In this document: positions 59,001 to 64,000 of the stretch, piece by piece
Layout of the letters: each line of letters begins with the position of its first letter
Position numbering within the stretch: position 1 is the first letter of the stretch
Assembly: GCA_965649765.1 (NCBI GenBank)
Contig: OZ287753.1
Span: 60,450,001-60,514,000, forward strand
Length of the DNA stretch: 64,000 nucleotides
Origin: Bispira polyomma
Taxonomy: Eukaryota
Direction: 5' to 3'
Program-made: the position numbers and the translations under genes
Notes under the pieces: generated by a model
What the model saw: only the letters and a program-made list of their open reading frames with translations
Databases searched by the model: none
Told to the model about the DNA's origin: nothing

Positions 59001-59663
59001 GCTGCAAAACAGCCTCAGCCATTCTTGGCCTTATGAAGTAAAATTTTTTTTTTTTTTTATTTTTTTATTATTTTATTGTAACAAATGTAAGCTTCTTATC
59101 AAATGAAGACTGACAAGTGAATGGACATGCTTTGCGTACATTTCTTAATATATAGCTACTTACTGGTGCGGCAAGCCATTTGATAGAAAACGTAAAGTAA
59201 CATACATATACTTTAGAAAAGTCGTCTGACTTAATTAAGCGAGTATTGACGTAATAGACGTGATGGAACGTCAATGCAGGTATCATTTGACATAAGTTTA
59301 CCTACATTGACGTAATAAACGTAACCTTACAGAAAACTATGTACACATACACACAACGTAATAAATGATGTGGCTAATCGTAATATGACGGCTTTTGACG
59401 TATTCATATATGACGTTGTACAGGTATTTGCGCGTCTTTGCTTAAACATTTTGACATAATAGTTTGCATCACTTGCGAGTCTTCACATGTTGTGACATAA
59501 CAAAACGTGGATCTCCACGTAAGAGAACGTTTTTGATGTAATGAAAAATATAAATCGACTTCTGCATAGGTTTTTCCAATTGAGCATGGACTTTTACATC
59601 AAATATTTGTGTCAACCTTGAGTGGTTATCATAGATTAACGTACATCCGGTGGGACTGGGGCA
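56051..59663. mobile_element. Full-length decayed PIF/Harbinger transposon: Myb/SANT-like gene (+, ~56736-57090) and transposase (-, 58037-59022)
   Basis: 19-bp TIRs TGCCCCAGT[T/C]CCACCGGAT; TAA TSD at 56048-56050 and 59664-59666; GALDGKH, GSCSDA, ADDAF, RARRVVENAFG motifs. Confidence 0.93.
58037..59022 (-). pseudogene. Harbinger (HARBI1-like DDE) transposase, split by a deletion/frameshift at ~58607
   Basis: ORFs 58606..59022 and 58037..58609. Confidence 0.9.
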
Positions 59664-59859
59664 TAAGGTCACCCTAATCAAAGGCTATTGAGCCCTGTTT
59701 GCATACTTATGTTGACCTTAACTTGAGGGTTTTAATATATCTATTTATACTTGCTACTACCACGACTACTGAATATTTTTACACCATTTGTATACAATGT
59801 TTATATGTATAATACTAAAAAAACAAACCCAATGTAGTGTTTTTATTTATGTTTTTGTA

Positions 59860-62420
59860 GCTAGAAGGATGAGAAAGTTTTAGCCACTATGCAGGCAGTA
59901 GCTGGAGTAATGACCAAGTAACACCATATTGCATCAGACCTAAAGTCACTATGTACCTTTTGCATGTTGTGACCAAAGGCCCAAGAGGCCCCAGACCTAT
60001 GTGGGATTCAAACCCACAAACTGTGCTATTGAGGCCAGGAGCTTGTACACCTGCGCTGTGATTACCTGCCTATCCTTATTAAATGTGAACTGAAATAGGG
60101 ATTCCCCGTTAGAAGTGTTAAAAGGCAGTTTTTCCCTCAAAGCACTAACAGGACAAAACGTGGTACCCGGGATGGCAGGAAGCTGAACCACCTGCATCTG
60201 GCCTGGTGTTTGCATGTTCTTAGTGCACTTGGTGAGTATATGCGCCCCAGGCACACCCCATACCACATCCTCCTGTATTGGGAACCTGGAGGGCTGAAAC
60301 TGTCTGGTTGAGCTAGGTACCAGTGTGGCTAATCTATAAAAGCCAAAGAACCGTAATATTATGATGGTTTTGTTTGGTTCTGCATCTTTGTTACTAGTTG
60401 AAAACCTCTTTTACCCTGTATCTTAAGGGGGCATTAGTGGACTTAATCATAAAGGCAAGTTTATTCTGTGTTAAAACTTGCAAGAGAAAATTATACATAC
60501 TAAAATAATGCTTAAGGACTATCAGGTACCCTGTTAATGTTGGACCCCTGAGCTTGTGTCGGGCTAGAAATTCCAAGAACATTATAATTGACTGTAATTC
60601 TGAAAGAGAGTTGATCTGCAGGTGTGACAAGAAAGTGACATACAGCCTGAACTTTACTTGATAGGCTGTCTATGTTTTAGGGTGAAATAAAAACCTGAAA
60701 AAGCTGAACCTAGAATAATTAAATATCATAATTAGGCATTAGCCAGTCCATGCTGATATGCGACCATGTACATGTTTTTTAGGAACTCAGTCTAGGTTAT
60801 ATTAATATATTTATAATTATCCCATCTTGACAGGATATCTGCACATTGTCTACTACCCTAACGTGATGTATTGTAACCTCTATGTTATATGTTGCCAAGA
60901 GTAGCCAGAGTGTTCTAGCACAAGCTGTAGAAAAAAACCTCTACATTGGTATTTATTCAACACATGAACAACTGCTAAGTTGTCAGAATTTATGCAATTT
61001 TTTTTTTGTTTTCCACTGCTCACCGCATAACCTGAAAGCTACTACCAGATTCACCATCTCAAAGTGCACTATACTAAGGCTATTTTTAAACCACTCTGGT
61101 ATATATGCTGTGTAAACATTGTTATCCCAGTAGGCACTAGACCATTAAGGTATGCATCTACATACACCTGTTCTGAGAGGCTGTCCTCTTTATGAGTGAC
61201 TGTAACCCCTGCTCCTTTGCTACTAGTTAAAAAAAATCTTTTACCCTGTATCTTAAGGGGGCATTAGTGGACTTAATCATAAGGGCAAGTTTTGTGTGTG
61301 TAGAAACTTGCAAGAGAAAATTATACATACTAAAATAATGCTTAAGGACCATCAGGTACCCTGTTAATGTTGGACCCCTGAGCTTGTGTTGGGCTAAAAA
61401 TTCCAAGAACATTATAATTGACTGTAATTCTGAAACAGAGTTTATCTGCAGGTGTGACAAGAAAGTGACATACAGCCTGAACTTTACTTGGTAGGCTATC
61501 TATGTTTTCGGGTAAAACCCTGAAGTAACATGTGTGCCAGCACCAAGTAATGTCCTTTTAAAACTTCTGTGAGGGGGGCAGGGTTGTTTGAGGCGGTGCT
61601 TCTGAGCACAGAAAAGACCTTATTAACAAATATCCTGGCGCATTTAAACGCATCTGTGTATATAGATTAGTTTTCCCAGTAATTTTCTAGTCGTGTGGAT
61701 TCTATTCCTCAAACTGAGGCACAGTTGTTTCACTTCATTGAGCTTTTCCTGGTATATATGTATAGTGAAAATGCCTGTGCTATCGTTTATAATGATACCA
61801 AGTCAAGTAAGACTATCTGTGGGTGTAGAAACCTTGTCTTGAATGATCGGCAAGTCGAGCTGCAGTATTAAACAGTGGTAAAAGCTTTAGTAGCCTTTCC
61901 ATGAGGCGCAACTCCAATGCAGTCTTCCAAATACGAACAGACCCAGAAACGATTTGAGTGCATTAAATATGCGGCGCAGTCCATAGCCAGCTGGCATGCA
62001 TATTCGCACATTTCTGGCCTAACGGCACGCTAATGTCCACATAGTATTTATCTTGCCCCTTGAGGCCGAGCACTGCATAATCTAATGGGTCTGTCCTTAA
62101 ATTTCTGTATGCCATTTGTATACTATATCATCTGTAGTGGGGTACTTTACCTGAAAGCTAATTTTGTCAAACACATCACAAGGTATACCTGCGTTTAAGC
62201 TACTTCTCTCGGGCCAGGATAAATCAAATATTATCCACCTAGAGCCATCTGGTTTAGATTTTGACCTAAGGGGAGAAATATGTAACTTATCAAAATGAAC
62301 ACTGCTTGGGGGACCTACCATAGTAGGGCTGTCAACAACATTGGGGGTTGCCCTTTGCTGTACCTCCTCTTGTATGTAAGAGTCCGATCTAAGGAAATCT
62401 AACAACGACAAGTTATGTGA
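59860..62420 (-). mobile_element. Decayed DIRS-order retrotransposon (RT, RNase H, YR) with a duplicated YR N-terminal segment
   Basis: RT ISPL..KPDGSRWIIFDLSWP; RNase H IVHFEMVNL; YR TKNMQ...CPVSAL, SGASWAF, RSDAIW. Confidence 0.8.
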
Positions 62421-62435
62421 TCTGATTTCCAAAAT

Positions 62436-63458
62436 AAGGATTATGTAAAAATTTGAATATGGAAATATCATGTACTTAAGGTTTAAGATTTTAGTAGAGG
62501 TTTCAATTTTTGTTCAAAGTATGAAGTCAGGTTCTATATACATTATGATATGCTAGGTCTAGCTGCCCTTTTGCCTGTTCAGTGCACTGGCGTCTCTGAA
62601 TCTGAGGATGACAAGTATGTTCCATCTGTTCTCACTTACATAACTCCCCCACTGGTCCAGAGTGCATAGATCCACACACAAAACATCTATCCCTACTACT
62701 CCTAGTGTTATTTTAGGGTCCATACTGTGTTTTGGCAGTAGTAATCTTGTGTACATAATGTAAAGGACTTGAAACTAAGACTTTGACTGTAAAGCTGTCA
62801 AAAACTGTCAACCTTAAATAATTTTTGTCCTACACCCACCAAAGACTAAACTAATATTAAGCCTCTTGGGCTTGTTTACCAAGAGTTAGTGGTTTGGGCA
62901 GCAAACCATTGTGTTGCCTTAAATATAGCTAATGAGCAATGTGCATGGATTGCTCCTATTTGTGGGCAACACTTTGTTTACCAGAGGAAGGGGTGTCTCT
63001 ATTTGTGGGTGACAGTTTGTTTACAAGAATGCCCTCTTATAAGGCTGGTATAAATAAGTAAAGTCAGCTTAGGTAACTGAGACCTGATGCTGCTCATACT
63101 GTACACATTCAACTTAAAACATAACAGACATCTATAATGAGTTGTTTTATAGACATTAGCAACTACTAAAGAAACATATTCTGGATTAAACTTTACACAC
63201 ATTAATAACTACTGAAAGATATTCTGGATTAAATTATGAGGTTAAAAATCAGCCCTTTGTTATATTTTCTGGTTTAGTACCAATACATGTATTCTCAAAA
63301 TGAACTTGAGTCAAAATTTGTACACAACTCAAATAAAGATTATGTAAAAACTCTTTGTGTATGGAAATATTATGTACTTAAGGTCCCATTCATTTTAGTG
63401 GAGGTTTAAATTTTGTATTTAAAGTATAAAGTGAGTTTCTATATGCATTGTATGCTAC
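62436..63458. repeat. Dispersed direct repeat of about 125 bp (62436-62556 and 63335-63458)
   Basis: gattatgtaaaa...atggaaatat.atgtacttaagg...ttctatat.catt..tatgcta in both copies. Confidence 0.7.
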
Positions 63459-64000
63459 ATTTGCGAACATAACACTAGTTGGGTCATAATACCATCCATC
63501 GTACTTATAAAAACTAAACCATATGGAAATGAACAAGAACATATTTAACTAAATGAAATTTTACTGTACTTAAAAAAAACTTTCATTATGTCAAGACATA
63601 TGTGCATAGACAGGTATTGTGATTTATGAAAGCCTGATAATATACTTTAAGAATATTAAGAAGGCCAAGATGTACCAGTTACTTTTTGGTAACATTTGCC
63701 TATTTCAGTAGTTTGTGATTCGAACTTTTTTTGAAAAAAAATCCCAAACCTGCACTTTATGTGAATTACCAGTAAAAAACAGACATGGTGAATATGGCTG
63801 TTTTTGTCAGACACAGCCTGATATTCTTTTCATTCTTAAAAGGGTGCCGCCATTGAAAAGGCACCGCCATCCTAGAAATATTATGTAAAGCTTTCATGGA
63901 TTGGCTGGAAGTAATTCACCCATCAAAACTGAGGGGGGGGGGGGGGGTGTCAGATTTTCCTAAGCATATAGTTGCCATATCAATGTAAGTGTATTTCTCA

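Overview
AT-rich animal genomic DNA (an invertebrate, probably a mollusc or other lophotrochozoan; this is inferred from the actin intron layout and TE families). It carries a tandem cluster of three minus-strand actin paralogs that share one structure: a non-coding 5' exon plus 4 coding exons, with introns after codons 41 and 121 and inside codon 177. Actin-B (25070-28622) is an intact, near-canonical 375-aa actin with a TATA box and CArG boxes upstream. Actin-C (51442-53801) is a recent pseudogene with a mutated splice acceptor and a 452-nt deletion in the last exon. Actin-A (3828-15076) is the unusual one: an intact 423-aa, strongly divergent actin with an in-frame 50-aa internal tandem duplication bounded by 7-bp microhomologies. 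Its substitutions fall on filament-contact surfaces and on known actin-toxin binding sites. The rest is decayed transposon sequence: three tyrosine-recombinase (DIRS-order) retroelements, several PIF/Harbinger elements and MITEs (one complete with TIRs and TAA TSD), a deleted Gypsy nested in a MITE, an L1/Tx1-type LINE, L2 and Penelope fragments, tRNA-derived SINEs, palindromic elements and tandem repeats. There is an assembly gap at 49002-49129.
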